Positions 19,395 through 31,983 are shown, numbered from the stretch's first letter. The stretch is 64,000 nt of DNA from an uncultured delta proteobacterium (GCA_963765675.1 CAVXXK010000001.1:256001-320000), one strand, 5' to 3'. The notes: generated by a model from the sequence alone, not told the origin. A program made the numbers and translations.

Positions 19395-20177
19395 CTACTC
19401 GCGCGTTGCTCCGACGACAGCGATCGGCTCGCGGCGGCGCCGAAACGTGGCGCGCACCAGGTCGTGATTCATATTGCCGATGAACTCGATCGGAATTTCC
19501 TTGGGACAGACCGCCTCGCATTCGCCGTGATTGGTGCAGCTTCCGAACAGCTCCCGCGACATCGCCTCGACCATGTTCAGCGTCCGCTGATCGCGCTGCG
19601 GCTGGCCTTGCGGCAGAGAATTGAGATGCGTGATCTTTGCCGACGTGAACAGCATCGCCGAGGCGTTGGGGCACGCGGCCACGCACGCGCCGCATCCGAT
19701 ACACGCGGCAGCGTCGAACGCGGTGTCGGAGGAACTCTTGGGAACGAGAGTCGCGTTCGCCTCGGGCGCGCTGCCGGTCGAGGCGCTGATGAACCCGCCC
19801 GCCTGGATGATGCGATCGAAAGGCGAGCGATCGACGATCAAATCGCGCAGGATCGGAAACGCCCGCGCGCGCCACGGCTCCAGCGCAACCGAATCTCCGT
19901 CTTTGAAGAACCGCATCGAGAGCTGGCACACGGTCGTGCCCGGGCGTCCGCCGTGCGCAACGCCATTGACCAGAAAGCCGCACGAGCCGCAAATTCCCTC
20001 GCGGCAGTCGTGCTCGAAGGCGACCGGCGCCTCGCCGCGCGCGGTCAGATCTTCGTTCAGCACGTCGAGCATCTCGAGAAACGACATGTCCGGTGTGATC
20101 CCGCTGACCTGGTAGTCCTTGAACTCGCCTTTGGCGCTGGCGTTCGCCTGCCGCCAGATCTTGAGCTTGAGATTCAT
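19395..20177 (-). CDS. sdhB: Succinate dehydrogenase/fumarate reductase Fe-S subunit
   Basis: CREGICGSC, CIGCGACVAACP, CTNHGECEAVCP. Confidence 0.95.
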   Translation of the reverse strand: MNLKLKIWRQANASAKGEFKDYQVSGITPDMSFLEMLDVLNEDLTARGEAPVAFEHDCREGICGSCGFLVNGVAHGGRPGTTVCQLSMRFFKDGDSVALEPWRARAFPILRDLIVDRSPFDRIIQAGGFISASTGSAPEANATLVPKSSSDTAFDAAACIGCGACVAACPNASAMLFTSAKITHLNSLPQGQPQRDQRTLNMVEAMSRELFGSCTNHGECEAVCPKEIPIEFIGNMNHDLVRATFRRRREPIAVVGATRE

Positions 20178-20192
20178 CGCTACTCCGTCGCC

Positions 20193-22103
<1,911 letters not shown>

Positions 22104-22115
22104 CTTTTCGTATCC

Positions 22116-22877
22116 TTAGTGAATCCAACCCGCCATTACCGCGACCGGTACCGAAACGAACCCAAGAAAAATCACCGCCGCGATCACCCGCGACGCAAGG
22201 CGCAGCTTCACCTGGTGGCGCGCCGTGTTCCAGCCGAGCGTCTGCAGCATGCTCCACATACCGTGGTCGAGATGAAAGAACAGCGCGATCATCGCGATGA
22301 TGTAAAACACCGAAACCGGCCAGACCGAGAATCCGATGATCACGTTCGAGTAAACGTGCAGGTCCCGGTACTGGCCCGGCGCGAAGCCGACCGCGCCGAA
22401 CGTGAAATGCGCGATGTGGAACACGATGAAGATCGCGAGCAGCAGGCCGCCCCAGCGCATCGATCGCGCCGCAAACGAGGTCTCGACATCCTTGCGCTCC
22501 CGGTAGCCGATCGGACGCGCCTGCCAGTTCATGCGCGTGAGCTGTATCGCTGCGATAATGTGCAACGTCGCGCTGACTAGCAGCACAATCCTGACGATCC
22601 AGAGCGCGTCGCCATAGCCGAGCTCCGGCATCCCGACCGTGCGCAGAAACCGCGAGTAAGTATTAATTTCGTCGGGACCGGCGAAAATCTTCAGATTTCC
22701 CAGCATGTGCGCGATCACGAACAACACCATGATCACGCCCGTGACCGCCATCACGACTTTCTTGCCGATGACCGTGCGCCACAGCAGCGTCAGCGGATTC
22801 GATCCAAACACCGCAGGGCGTTCGGCCATCTGGAGGTTTTTCGCGGCGCGCTCGCTTGCCGCACTCGACGATGCCAT
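22116..22877 (-). CDS. sdhC: Succinate dehydrogenase cytochrome b558 subunit (single five-TM anchor type)
   Basis: GKKVVMAVTG, HMLGNL and conserved His residues in TM helices; upstream of sdhAB. Confidence 0.92.
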   Translation of the reverse strand: MASSSAASERAAKNLQMAERPAVFGSNPLTLLWRTVIGKKVVMAVTGVIMVLFVIAHMLGNLKIFAGPDEINTYSRFLRTVGMPELGYGDALWIVRIVLLVSATLHIIAAIQLTRMNWQARPIGYRERKDVETSFAARSMRWGGLLLAIFIVFHIAHFTFGAVGFAPGQYRDLHVYSNVIIGFSVWPVSVFYIIAMIALFFHLDHGMWSMLQTLGWNTARHQVKLRLASRVIAAVIFLGFVSVPVAVMAGWIH

Positions 22878-23003
22878 GTCAGGGCTCCTGCCTTTCTCCT
22901 GCTTCTATCAGTGCGGCTTATTCGGAAGTCAAGTCACGCGCTGATTTTCTTATCTCACTCATAGCGCTTGTGCAATCCCGAGAACAGCGTCCGATAAACC
23001 GTC

Positions 23004-24305
23004 TCATGCGCGCCATACCGAGCCGCCGGGAAACTCGAGCTGATCCAGCGAATGCGGGAATATCTCGGCGCTGTAGCCTGCGTCGGTCGGCAGCAGGTAG
23101 CGTCCACGGCGCGCCTTCACCGGATGCTTGAAGTACTCGTGCCCGTGATCGGCGAACTCGGTCATGCGATTTTCGAGACTCGCACTCACGCAGATATAGT
23201 CAATCAGCGAGATGTGCTGCACGTACTCGCACAGCCCGATTCCGCCCGCATGCGGACAGACCGGCACTCCGAACCGCGCCGCGAGCAGCAGCACCGCCAT
23301 GACTTCGTTCAGTCCGCCGAGCCTGCACGAGTCGAGCTGGCAAAAGTCGATCGCGCCCGCCTGCATCAGTTGCTTGAACAGTACGCGGTTGGCGCAATGC
23401 TCGCCGGTCGCGACGCCGATCGGCTTGATCGCGCGGCGAATCGCCGCGTGGCCGAGGATATCGTCCGGACTGGTCGGCTCCTCGATCCACAGAAGATTGA
23501 ACGGCCGCAGAGCCTGGATATGCTCGATCGCCTCGCCGACATCCCAGACCTGGTTGGCGTCGGCCATCAGCGTCGCCCCGGCGCCAATCTCCTCGCGCAT
23601 CAGCTTGGCGCGATGGATATTCTCCTCGCGATTCAGCCCGACCTTCATTTTGAACCGCGTCCATCCCTGATCGAGCGCCTCGCGGCAGAGCGCGCGCACC
23701 TTATCGTCGGGATAACCCAGCCATCCCGCCGACGTGATGTATGCAGGATAACCGTCGCGGCGCATCTCGGCCTCGCGCGCGGCACGGCCCGCAAGATTGC
23801 GGCGCAGGATTTCGAGCGCCTGCTCGCGCGTGAGCGCGTCGGAGAGGTAGCGGAAGTCGACGCACGCGACGAATTGCTCCGGCGTCATATCAGCGACCAG
23901 CTTCCACACCGGCTTGCCTTCGCTCTTCGCGTAGAGATCCCAAACCGCGTTGACGATCGCGGCGGTGGCGAGATGCAGCACGCCCTTTTCAGGACCGAGC
24001 CATCGGAGCTGGCTCTCGTTGGTGAGACTGCGCCAGAAGCCGTTGAAGTCGGCGGTGATCTCTTCGAGCGTCAACCCGACGATCAGATGGCGCAGAGCCT
24101 CGACCGCCTTCAGCACCACTTCGGTGCCGCGCCCGATCGTGAAGGTGAGGCCGTGGCCCTCGAGTCCGTCGTCCGCGTCGGTCCTGAGCACGACGTAGGC
24201 CGCCGAATAGTCGGGATCTTTGTGAACCGCGTCGGAGCCGGCAAGCGTGCGCGAGGTTGGCGTACGGATGTCGCGGGCGACGAGTTCGATGATCCTGCGG
24301 GCCAT
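23004..24305 (-). CDS. L-fuconate dehydratase (enolase superfamily)
   Basis: GSDAVHKDPDYSAAY, AYITSAGWLGY, KMKVG, DANQ, WIEEPTSPDD, CPHAGG. Confidence 0.92.
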   Translation of the reverse strand: MARRIIELVARDIRTPTSRTLAGSDAVHKDPDYSAAYVVLRTDADDGLEGHGLTFTIGRGTEVVLKAVEALRHLIVGLTLEEITADFNGFWRSLTNESQLRWLGPEKGVLHLATAAIVNAVWDLYAKSEGKPVWKLVADMTPEQFVACVDFRYLSDALTREQALEILRRNLAGRAAREAEMRRDGYPAYITSAGWLGYPDDKVRALCREALDQGWTRFKMKVGLNREENIHRAKLMREEIGAGATLMADANQVWDVGEAIEHIQALRPFNLLWIEEPTSPDDILGHAAIRRAIKPIGVATGEHCANRVLFKQLMQAGAIDFCQLDSCRLGGLNEVMAVLLLAARFGVPVCPHAGGIGLCEYVQHISLIDYICVSASLENRMTEFADHGHEYFKHPVKARRGRYLLPTDAGYSAEIFPHSLDQLEFPGGSVWRA

Positions 24306-24349
24306 TGTCGATGCCTCCGCGCGGCATGGTAGCATCCTCGCGACGCGCG

Positions 24350-25426
24350 ATGGCAACCGAATCCGCACCGCTCGACGATCTGCGCCAGCGTTGGCCGCTG
24401 CCGCGCGCGCCGCGTCCGATCGTCGTTATTGGAGCAGGCAGTATCGTGCGCGATGCGCATCTGCCGATTTACGCGCGGCTCAATTTTCCCGTTGCCGGGA
24501 TTTTCGATCTCAGTCGCGACGCGGCGCGCGAGCGCGCCGAACAATTCAAGCTTCCGCGCGTGTTCGATTCTCTCGAGCAGGCGGCCGCGGTCCCCGGCGC
24601 GGTGTTCGACCTCGCGGTTCCTCCCGGCGCGATCGCGGCGATCCTCGCAAAGCTACCTCCGCGTGCTGCCGTCCTGATGCAGAAGCCGATGGGCCGCAAC
24701 CTGGAAGAGGCGCGCGCGATCCTGGCGCTCTGCCGCAATCGCGAGCTTGCCGCTGCGGTGAATTTCCAGCTTCGCTTCGCGCCGAACATGCTCGCACTGA
24801 AGGACGCGATCGCGCGCCGCGTCCTCGGCGACATCACCGACATCGAGGTGCGCATCGTTCTGCATACCCCCTGGGAGTATTGGGCGTTTCTGCGCGGAGA
24901 ACCGCGGCTCGAAGTGTTGATGCACTCGATCCACTACCTGGACCTGATCCGTTCGATTGCGGGCGAGCCGCGCGGCGTCTATTGCAAAGGCGCGCGGCAT
25001 CCGGCGACGCCCGGCTACGCGGACGCCCGCACCTCGATCATCCTGGATTACGGCGACGCGATTCGCGCGAGCCTCACGATGAATCACGCGCATCGCTTCG
25101 GCTCCAAGCATGCCGTCTCCGAAATCAAGCTCGAAGGAACCCGTGGCGCGGCGATCGCCAAGATGGGCGTGAACCTGAACTATCCGCACGGCGAGCCCGA
25201 TGCGCTCGAAATCGCTGCCGACGGAGAACCATGGCGATCAGTCCCGCTTCGCGGCTCATGGTTTCTGGAGGCATTCGAGGGACCGATGGCAAACGTCCAA
25301 CGCTTCGCCGCCGGCGAGGACACCGCGCTCGTCTCCGGTGTCGAGGACGCGATCCACACGATGGCGCTGGTCGAGGCCTGCTACGCCTCGAGCGCAAGCG
25401 GCGCCACGCCTATCCCGCGCCCGTAA
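24350..25426 (+). CDS. Gfo/Idh/MocA family oxidoreductase
   Basis: IGAGSIVRDAHLP, MQKPMG, NFQLRF, HSIHYLD. Confidence 0.88.
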   Translation: MATESAPLDDLRQRWPLPRAPRPIVVIGAGSIVRDAHLPIYARLNFPVAGIFDLSRDAARERAEQFKLPRVFDSLEQAAAVPGAVFDLAVPPGAIAAILAKLPPRAAVLMQKPMGRNLEEARAILALCRNRELAAAVNFQLRFAPNMLALKDAIARRVLGDITDIEVRIVLHTPWEYWAFLRGEPRLEVLMHSIHYLDLIRSIAGEPRGVYCKGARHPATPGYADARTSIILDYGDAIRASLTMNHAHRFGSKHAVSEIKLEGTRGAAIAKMGVNLNYPHGEPDALEIAADGEPWRSVPLRGSWFLEAFEGPMANVQRFAAGEDTALVSGVEDAIHTMALVEACYASSASGATPIPRP

Positions 25427-25430
25427 AACG

Positions 25431-26681
25431 CTACGCGCGGGCCGAATTCAGCTTCATCTTGATCGGCATGTGCTTGATTCCGCCGACGAAGCTCGAGCGC
25501 AGCCGCTCGATCGGTCCCGCCATCTCCGCGAACTCCATCCGCTCCATCAACTGGCGGAAGATCACTTCCAGCTCGAGGCGCGCCAGATTCGCGCCGAGAC
25601 AGAAATGCTCGCCGATCCCGAACGCGATGTGCGGATTCGGATCGCGCCCGATGTCGAACTTGAACGGCTGGTCGAACACTTCTTCGTCGCGGTTCGCCGA
25701 GGGATAGAACAGGCACACCGATTCGCCAGCCTTGATCTTCTGGCCGCGAATCTCCGTGTCCTCGGTCGCCGTGCGCGTGAACTGGATGACCGGCGTGGTC
25801 CAGCGCACGATCTCCTCGACCGCCGGCTTGATCAGTGCGGGATTTTTCTTGAGCCGGTCCCATTGATCGCGATGCTCGATCAGCGCCATCAGGCCGCCGG
25901 TCGTCGCGTTGCGCGTGGTCTCGTTGCCGGCGACCACCAGCAGCAGAAAATACGAAAGCATCTCGAACTGCGGCATCAAGGTGCCGTTGAGTTTCGCCGA
26001 CGCGACGATACTGGTGATGTCGTTGGTCGGATGCTTGGTGCGCTCGTTGACCAGGTCGGTGAAGTACTGGAACAGTCCCAGCCGCGCGCGCTCGAAGGTC
26101 TCATCCGAGCTGGCGCCGTCCTGAAATTCGGGGTCGCCACCGCCGATCGTTTCGTTGGTCCAGCGAAAGAGCTGATCCCAATCCTTGCGCGGCACTCCGA
26201 GCAGCTCGGCGATTACGGCCAGCGGAACGCGCGAGGAAACGTCGGTCACGAAATCGCACTCGCTCTTGCCGGTCACGCCGTCCAGGACCTCGCGCGCGAT
26301 CCGTTCGATCTCGGGCTGCAGGTCGCGCACCGCGCGCGGCGTGAAGCGCCGGCTGATGATCGAGCGGTACTCGCCGTGCTCGGGCGGATCCATGTTGAGC
26401 AGATGCCGAAACGGCGGGACCGGATCGGGATCGGCCGGGCCGTCGGGCACGAACACCAGCAGCCGCTTGACGATCGAAAACAGCTTGGGCTGCTTGGCGA
26501 CCTGAACGATATCCGCGTATTTGGTCAGCGCCCAGAACGGATCGGTGTGCGGATATTCGGTCCAATGCACCGGATCGTGCTTGCGCAGCCAGGTCCACTC
26601 GGCGTGCGGGTATCCGTTTTTGGCGTAATGATCCGGGCCGATGATGTTGAGGTTCTCGAGCGAATGTTGCTGCTGTTCCAT
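25431..26681 (-). CDS. Cytochrome P450
   Basis: AGNETT I-helix, EEIVR (ExxR), FGIGEHFCLG heme motif. Confidence 0.96.
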   Translation of the reverse strand: MEQQQHSLENLNIIGPDHYAKNGYPHAEWTWLRKHDPVHWTEYPHTDPFWALTKYADIVQVAKQPKLFSIVKRLLVFVPDGPADPDPVPPFRHLLNMDPPEHGEYRSIISRRFTPRAVRDLQPEIERIAREVLDGVTGKSECDFVTDVSSRVPLAVIAELLGVPRKDWDQLFRWTNETIGGGDPEFQDGASSDETFERARLGLFQYFTDLVNERTKHPTNDITSIVASAKLNGTLMPQFEMLSYFLLLVVAGNETTRNATTGGLMALIEHRDQWDRLKKNPALIKPAVEEIVRWTTPVIQFTRTATEDTEIRGQKIKAGESVCLFYPSANRDEEVFDQPFKFDIGRDPNPHIAFGIGEHFCLGANLARLELEVIFRQLMERMEFAEMAGPIERLRSSFVGGIKHMPIKMKLNSARA

Positions 26682-26751
26682 GGATTGTTTTGCCTCGGCG
26701 GAAATGCCGCGTAGTTGAATTGCGCGGCGCCGGTGCGCCGATAGATCAAAT

Positions 26752-26943
26752 CTAGTCTTCCAAGGTGATCGCCTGTCGCGGGCACATCTTGATTGCGAGC
26801 TTCACCTTCTCGCGCAGCGACTCGGGCGGCTTTTCGATCAGTAGGTGCGCCTTGTCGTCATCGCGGACTTCAAACACCTCGGGCGCAGATTCCTGGCAGC
26901 GCTGATTCCCTTCGCAAAGCTTCAAATCGATGACAACCTTCAT
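26752..26943 (-). CDS. [3Fe-4S]-type ferredoxin (P450 partner)
   Basis: CEGNQRC...CP motif; directly upstream of the P450. Confidence 0.9.
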   Translation of the reverse strand: MKVVIDLKLCEGNQRCQESAPEVFEVRDDDKAHLLIEKPPESLREKVKLAIKMCPRQAITLED

Positions 26944-27170
26944 GGCATCTCCTGGCTAACTCATCTGGCGCTGAACACGGCTCCGAGACTAGCGCAGCGG
27001 CATAAATCGAACCAGCCAAGACGGCATTGGGCAATCGCCATCAATCCAACCACCGAGACACCAAGGCACAAAGAAACAATCCATTTCCGCGCGCCGCGCG
27101 CTTGACCCATCGCTATGCTCCGATCTCTGATAGGTTCGCAACGTCACCATTCCTCCAAGGAGAAAGCGCG

Positions 27171-28013
27171 ATGGTAAAGTTCGGAGTCTCGATGTTCCCG
27201 ACCGATTACGCAATTCAGCCGATCGAGTTGGCGCAGGCCGCAGAGGCGCGCAACTTCGAGTCGCTCTGGTTTCCCGAGCACACCCATATCCCGACCTCGC
27301 GCAAGACTCCGTTTCCGGGCGGCACCGAACTGCCCAAGGAATATTGGCATACGCACGATCCGTTCGTGGCGCTCGGCGCCGCTGCGGCGGCGACGAAGAA
27401 GCTCCGGCTCGGCACGGGCGTGTGCCTGGTGATCGAGCGCGATCCTATCGTGCTCGCCAAGGAAGTCGCTTCACTCGACATGATCTCCGGCGGACGCGTC
27501 GAGCTTGGAATCGGCGCGGGATGGAACGTCGAGGAGATGGAGAATCACGGCGCGCAGTTCAAGAAGCGCTGGAAGATCGTGCGCGAGAAAATCCTCGCCA
27601 TCCGCCAAATCTGGACCAAGGAAGCCGCCGAGTTTCACGGCGAGTTCGTCAATTTCGATCCGATCTGGTCGTTCCCCAAGCCGGTTCAGGCCGGCGGCCC
27701 GCCGATTCTGCTCGGCTCGCAATCCAAGCGCTCGTTCGAGCGAGTGGCGGAGTACTGCGACGGATGGATGCCGATTAACTTTCCGCGCGCCGATTTCGCG
27801 GGCAGCGTCAAACAACTTCGCGACGCCGAGAAGGCGGCAGGCCGAAAGAAACTCGGCATCTCGCTGTTCGGGTCGTCCGCAAAGGAAGACGAGATCAAAC
27901 GCTTCGCCGACCTGGGCTTCGACCGGCTGATCTTTTCGCTGCCCGCGGCTCCGCGCGAGACCGTGCTGCCGCTTCTGGACAAATACGCGGGGGTCGCCGC
28001 CAAAATGCATTAG
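27171..28013 (+). CDS. LLM-class probable F420-dependent oxidoreductase
   Basis: WFPEHTHIP, DPFVAL, GIGAGWNVEEM; AAGGAG RBS. Confidence 0.9.
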   Translation: MVKFGVSMFPTDYAIQPIELAQAAEARNFESLWFPEHTHIPTSRKTPFPGGTELPKEYWHTHDPFVALGAAAAATKKLRLGTGVCLVIERDPIVLAKEVASLDMISGGRVELGIGAGWNVEEMENHGAQFKKRWKIVREKILAIRQIWTKEAAEFHGEFVNFDPIWSFPKPVQAGGPPILLGSQSKRSFERVAEYCDGWMPINFPRADFAGSVKQLRDAEKAAGRKKLGISLFGSSAKEDEIKRFADLGFDRLIFSLPAAPRETVLPLLDKYAGVAAKMH

Positions 28014-28145
28014 GCGCGCGCGCGGAGGCGCGGTAATCCGCGAGCGTGTCGCTTGCGTATCTAGTGCGGAAGGAGCTGCCGCGATCGGCACCTTTGCGGC
28101 GTCGCGGCAGCTCTTCAGATATACTGATACCGCGCGAGGCGAACG

Positions 28146-28784
28146 TTGATGAATCTCAAATCACAGACCAACCTCGATCGCATCGGATCGTTCAGCCGCC
28201 GCAGCTTCGTCGCGATCGCGATAGCGACGCCCGCGATCGTCGCGATGCGGCTCGCGGTCGGGCGCGCCGCCGACGGCAATTCAACCGGCGGCATTCTGCG
28301 CACGGCTATCGCACCGGTTCCGAAAGTAGAAATCGTCGAGTTCGATGACGACGGCCAGCGCAAGGGCGTCGTGTCCGTGGACAAAGTGATTAAGACCGAC
28401 GCCGAGTGGCGCAAGATTCTCACGCCCGAGGAATACGAGGTCACGCGGCAGAAAGGCACCGAGCGCGCCTTCACCGGCCGCTACGCCGAATCACACGACA
28501 AGGGACTCTACCGATGCATCTGCTGCGGCACGGCGCTCTTCAGCTCGGATACGAAGTTCGAGTCAGGAACAGGATGGCCGAGTTTCTGGGAACCGATCGC
28601 GCCCGAGAACGTCCGCAACAACACCGACAAATCGTTTTTCATGACCCGCACTGAAGTCACCTGCGCGCGATGCGACGCGCACCTGGGCCACGTCTTCAAC
28701 GACGGCCCCAAGCCGACGGGCCTGCGCTATTGCATGAACTCGGCCTCGCTAAAATTCGTAAAGCCCAACGGCGAGAAGGCTTAG
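28146..28784 (+). CDS. msrB: Peptide-methionine (R)-S-oxide reductase with Tat-like signal
   Basis: [30 protein letters not shown]; N-terminal SRRSF. Confidence 0.93.
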   Translation: MMNLKSQTNLDRIGSFSRRSFVAIAIATPAIVAMRLAVGRAADGNSTGGILRTAIAPVPKVEIVEFDDDGQRKGVVSVDKVIKTDAEWRKILTPEEYEVTRQKGTERAFTGRYAESHDKGLYRCICCGTALFSSDTKFESGTGWPSFWEPIAPENVRNNTDKSFFMTRTEVTCARCDAHLGHVFNDGPKPTGLRYCMNSASLKFVKPNGEKA

Positions 28785-28786
28785 CG

Positions 28787-29263
28787 CTAACCCACGAGGC
28801 GCCACTGAATCAGGGTGTGGCCGGCGGGATGGTCCTCGAACACCGCTTCGACTTTCGCGTCGAAACGGACTTCCTGCATCGGATCGCCGAGCAGATTACC
28901 GACCATCCGGACGCCGCCTGCCTCCTCCAGCTCCACCACGACTACGAGGTACGGGCACGCGCCCTTTAGCGCGGGATGCGCCGGATGCCAGACGCGCTCC
29001 CAGCTATAAATCCGGCCGCGTCCCGACACGCGATGCCACTGCGGGTCGAACGTATGGCACTTGTGGCAAATCCATTCGGCGGGAAACTGGAACGCCGCGC
29101 ATCGCGCGCATCGCTGGACGACGATCTCGTGGCGCTTTGCCGCTTCGTAGAATTCGTGATCGAGTCCGTCGCGCGCGGCCGCCGGCGCCGGCATCCCCTC
29201 AGGCAAGTAGGTTTTCGATTTCGCGCCGCTCTGTTCGTCCATCGCCGATTCCTTCTTCTCCAT
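28787..29263 (-). CDS. DUF35 Zn-ribbon/OB-fold protein
   Basis: CARC...CHKC, SGRGRIYSW; ATG overlaps the stop of the thiolase-like gene. Confidence 0.9.
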   Translation of the reverse strand: MEKKESAMDEQSGAKSKTYLPEGMPAPAAARDGLDHEFYEAAKRHEIVVQRCARCAAFQFPAEWICHKCHTFDPQWHRVSGRGRIYSWERVWHPAHPALKGACPYLVVVVELEEAGGVRMVGNLLGDPMQEVRFDAKVEAVFEDHPAGHTLIQWRLVG

Positions 29264-30444
29264 TATCGATGCAGCAGCAGATCGCTGACCGGCGCGACCA
29301 TCGGACCCGACGCGACCAGCGCGATCTCGGCGTCCTTCACCTGGCAGGTCGAGGTTCCGCGCACCTGCCGCGCCGCCTCGATGATCAGTTCGAGTCCGTG
29401 CATGTAGCACTCGGCCAGATTTCCGCCGCTGGTGTTGATCGGCAAGCGTCCGTTAGGGGTCGTGAGATTCTCGAAGGTGCAGAACTTCATCACTTCATCG
29501 GGATGACAGAAGCCGTGCTCGACGATACTGGTCATCACGGCGCCGGTGAAATTTTCGTACACCTGCGCGACGTCGACGTCCTTCGGCTCGATCCCCGCCA
29601 TCGCGTAGAGCCGCGGCGCGAGGGTCTTGAAGTTCGAGGTCTCATAGTCGGGCAGATTCTCCGCGCCCGCGCCCTGCCGATAGTCCGAACCCTGCGCCGA
29701 CGCCATCACCCACGCGGGCCGCTGCTTCAAGTCGCGCGCGCGCTCGCGGCTGGTGAGGATCACCGCGGCGGCGCCGTCGTTCTCGAGGCAGCAATCGAAC
29801 AGATGAAACGGCTCGACGATCCATCGCGACTGGTCGTACATCGCGCGGGTCAGCGGATGCCCATACATGATCGCGCGCGGATTGGATTGCGCGTGGTGAT
29901 AGCAAGCCATCGCGATCGCCGCGAGCGCGTCCTGAGTCACGTGATGCTCATGCATGAAGCGGCGCGTGCGCAGCGCGATCCATTGCGCCGGCGTGGACAT
30001 CCCGTACGGCCACGTGTAGGCGATCGGTCCGGAGATCGTATTGACTGCCGGCGTCTGGCCGAAGCGCCCGAACTGTCCCTGCGCCAGCGCGCGATACACG
30101 ATCACCGTGTTGGCGAACCCGGCGACGATCGCCGCTGCCGCGTTGCCGATCGCGCCCGAGCCTCCGCCGCCACCTCCGCCCCAGAACATGTTCGAGAAGC
30201 GCAGCTCGGGCAGTCCCAGCGCGGTCGCGACGCGAACCGAATCGTTGCGATCGTTGCTGTACGACGCGATTCCGTCGATCTCGGTCGGCCGGATACCCGC
30301 GTCGTCGCACGCGCGGATTATCGCTTCGAGCGCGAGGCGGAACTCGCTCACCGGCGCTTGCCCGCGCTTGTAGTACGCGGTCTCGCCGAGTCCGACGATC
30401 GCAACCTTGTCCTTAATCGTATTTTCGATTTTAGTTTCGCTCAT
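29263..30444 (-). CDS. SCP2-thiolase-like protein (Ltp2-type)
   Basis: DCCLENDG, VYENFT, NTSGGNLAECYMHG; a Gly run replaces the usual catalytic Cys loop. Confidence 0.88.
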   Translation of the reverse strand: MSETKIENTIKDKVAIVGLGETAYYKRGQAPVSEFRLALEAIIRACDDAGIRPTEIDGIASYSNDRNDSVRVATALGLPELRFSNMFWGGGGGGGSGAIGNAAAAIVAGFANTVIVYRALAQGQFGRFGQTPAVNTISGPIAYTWPYGMSTPAQWIALRTRRFMHEHHVTQDALAAIAMACYHHAQSNPRAIMYGHPLTRAMYDQSRWIVEPFHLFDCCLENDGAAAVILTSRERARDLKQRPAWVMASAQGSDYRQGAGAENLPDYETSNFKTLAPRLYAMAGIEPKDVDVAQVYENFTGAVMTSIVEHGFCHPDEVMKFCTFENLTTPNGRLPINTSGGNLAECYMHGLELIIEAARQVRGTSTCQVKDAEIALVASGPMVAPVSDLLLHR

Positions 30445-30560
30445 CGCACCTGCCCGCTGCTCCTTCGCTGTAGCGCAGGCGCGGCTCGGATCACAACCGC
30501 GCCCGCGTCTGCCTCAAGCGGATGCGATTGCGATGGCGCTGTAGTAATTCTTTTATCGAG

Positions 30561-31154
30561 ATGCGATCCGAAGACATTCCCGCCGAGCTCCGCGCCTATA
30601 CCGCGCATGAAACTTTGCGCGACGGCGAAAGGATTCTCGTGCGCGCTATCCGCCCCGATGACAAGGCGCGCCTGCTCGAACACTTCCATGCGCTGAGCCC
30701 GGCGTCGATCCATAGCCGGTTCTTTTCCATGCGACGGAACTTGAGCGACGCCGACCTCGCGAAGCTGACGGAGCTCGACTTTCAGATTCAGGTGGCCGTT
30801 GTCGTCACAACCGGTGAAGGAGATGGCGAACGCTTCATCGGTGTCGGCCGCTACGTTCGCGAACCCGATCTCAAACGCGCCGAGGTCGCCTTCGCGGTCC
30901 GCGATGATTATCAAGGCCACGGCGTCGGTACGATCCTGCTCGAGCATCTGGCAAAGATCGCGCGCGCACAGGGCGTCGAAATGTTCGAGGCCGACGTGCT
31001 CGCCGAGAATCGCCAGATGCTGGGCGTCGTCGAGCAGAGCGGCTTTAAGGCTCATCGCACGTCCGACTCTGGCGTCGTTCACCTGGTGATGCCGATCGCC
31101 GAAACTCAAGAATCGATCGCGGCCCACGCGGATCGCGAGAAGCCGCGGAAATAA
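30561..31154 (+). CDS. GNAT acetyltransferase (Pat-type GNAT domain)
   Basis: LRDGERILVRAIRPDD, AEVAFAVRDDYQGHGVG, VLAEN. Confidence 0.88.
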   Translation: MRSEDIPAELRAYTAHETLRDGERILVRAIRPDDKARLLEHFHALSPASIHSRFFSMRRNLSDADLAKLTELDFQIQVAVVVTTGEGDGERFIGVGRYVREPDLKRAEVAFAVRDDYQGHGVGTILLEHLAKIARAQGVEMFEADVLAENRQMLGVVEQSGFKAHRTSDSGVVHLVMPIAETQESIAAHADREKPRK

Positions 31155-31184
31155 TTCGCGCCCGCGTACGAGGAGAATTTCACC

Positions 31185-31949
31185 ATGAGCAATGTCAGTT
31201 TCGAGACCGATGGAGCGATCGCGATCGTCACGATCAACCGTCCCGCCGCGCGCAATGCCGTCGATCGTCCGACCGCCGCCGCGCTGGCCGAGGCGTTTCG
31301 CCGCTTCGACGCCGACGCCTCGCTCGCAGTCGCGATCCTGACCGGCGCGGGAGGATTCTTCTGCGCGGGCGCGGATTTGAAGGCGGTCGCGACCGAGCGC
31401 GGAAATCGCGTCAGCGCCGACGGCGACGGGCCTCTCGGATGCTCACGGATGCTGCTCGGCAAGCCTGTAATCGCCGCGGTCGAGGGCTTCGCGGTGGCGG
31501 GCGGTCTCGAGCTCGCGCTGTGGTGCGACCTGCGCGTCGCGGCTCGCGATGCGGTGTTCGGCGTCTATTGCCGCAGATGGGGCGTGCCGCTGGTCGATGG
31601 CGGCACGATCCGGCTGCCGCGTCTTATCGGGATGAGCAATGCGATGGACATGATTCTGACCGGACGCGGTGTTGCGGGCGAAGAGGCGCTCAGGATGGGG
31701 CTTGCGAATCGAATCGTCGAAAAGGGCGGCGCGCTCGCGGCCGCCCGCGAGCTCGCATCACAGCTCGCAGCGTTTCCGCAGCGATGCCTGCGCTCGGACC
31801 GGATGTCGGCGTACGAGGCATGGACGCTGCCGCTCGAAGGCGCGCTCGCGAACGAATATCGTCACGGAATCGCGACCATTAGCTCGGGCGAAACGCGCGA
31901 GGGCGCCGCCCGCTTCGCCGCCGGCGCCGGCCGCCACGGAAAATTCTAG
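31185..31949 (+). CDS. Enoyl-CoA hydratase/crotonase
   Basis: FCAGADLK, AGGLELAL, GVPLVDGG. Confidence 0.93.
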   Translation: MSNVSFETDGAIAIVTINRPAARNAVDRPTAAALAEAFRRFDADASLAVAILTGAGGFFCAGADLKAVATERGNRVSADGDGPLGCSRMLLGKPVIAAVEGFAVAGGLELALWCDLRVAARDAVFGVYCRRWGVPLVDGGTIRLPRLIGMSNAMDMILTGRGVAGEEALRMGLANRIVEKGGALAAARELASQLAAFPQRCLRSDRMSAYEAWTLPLEGALANEYRHGIATISSGETREGAARFAAGAGRHGKF

Positions 31950-31983
31950 GGGGCACTCTACATTGACAGACGGTGGATTTCCA

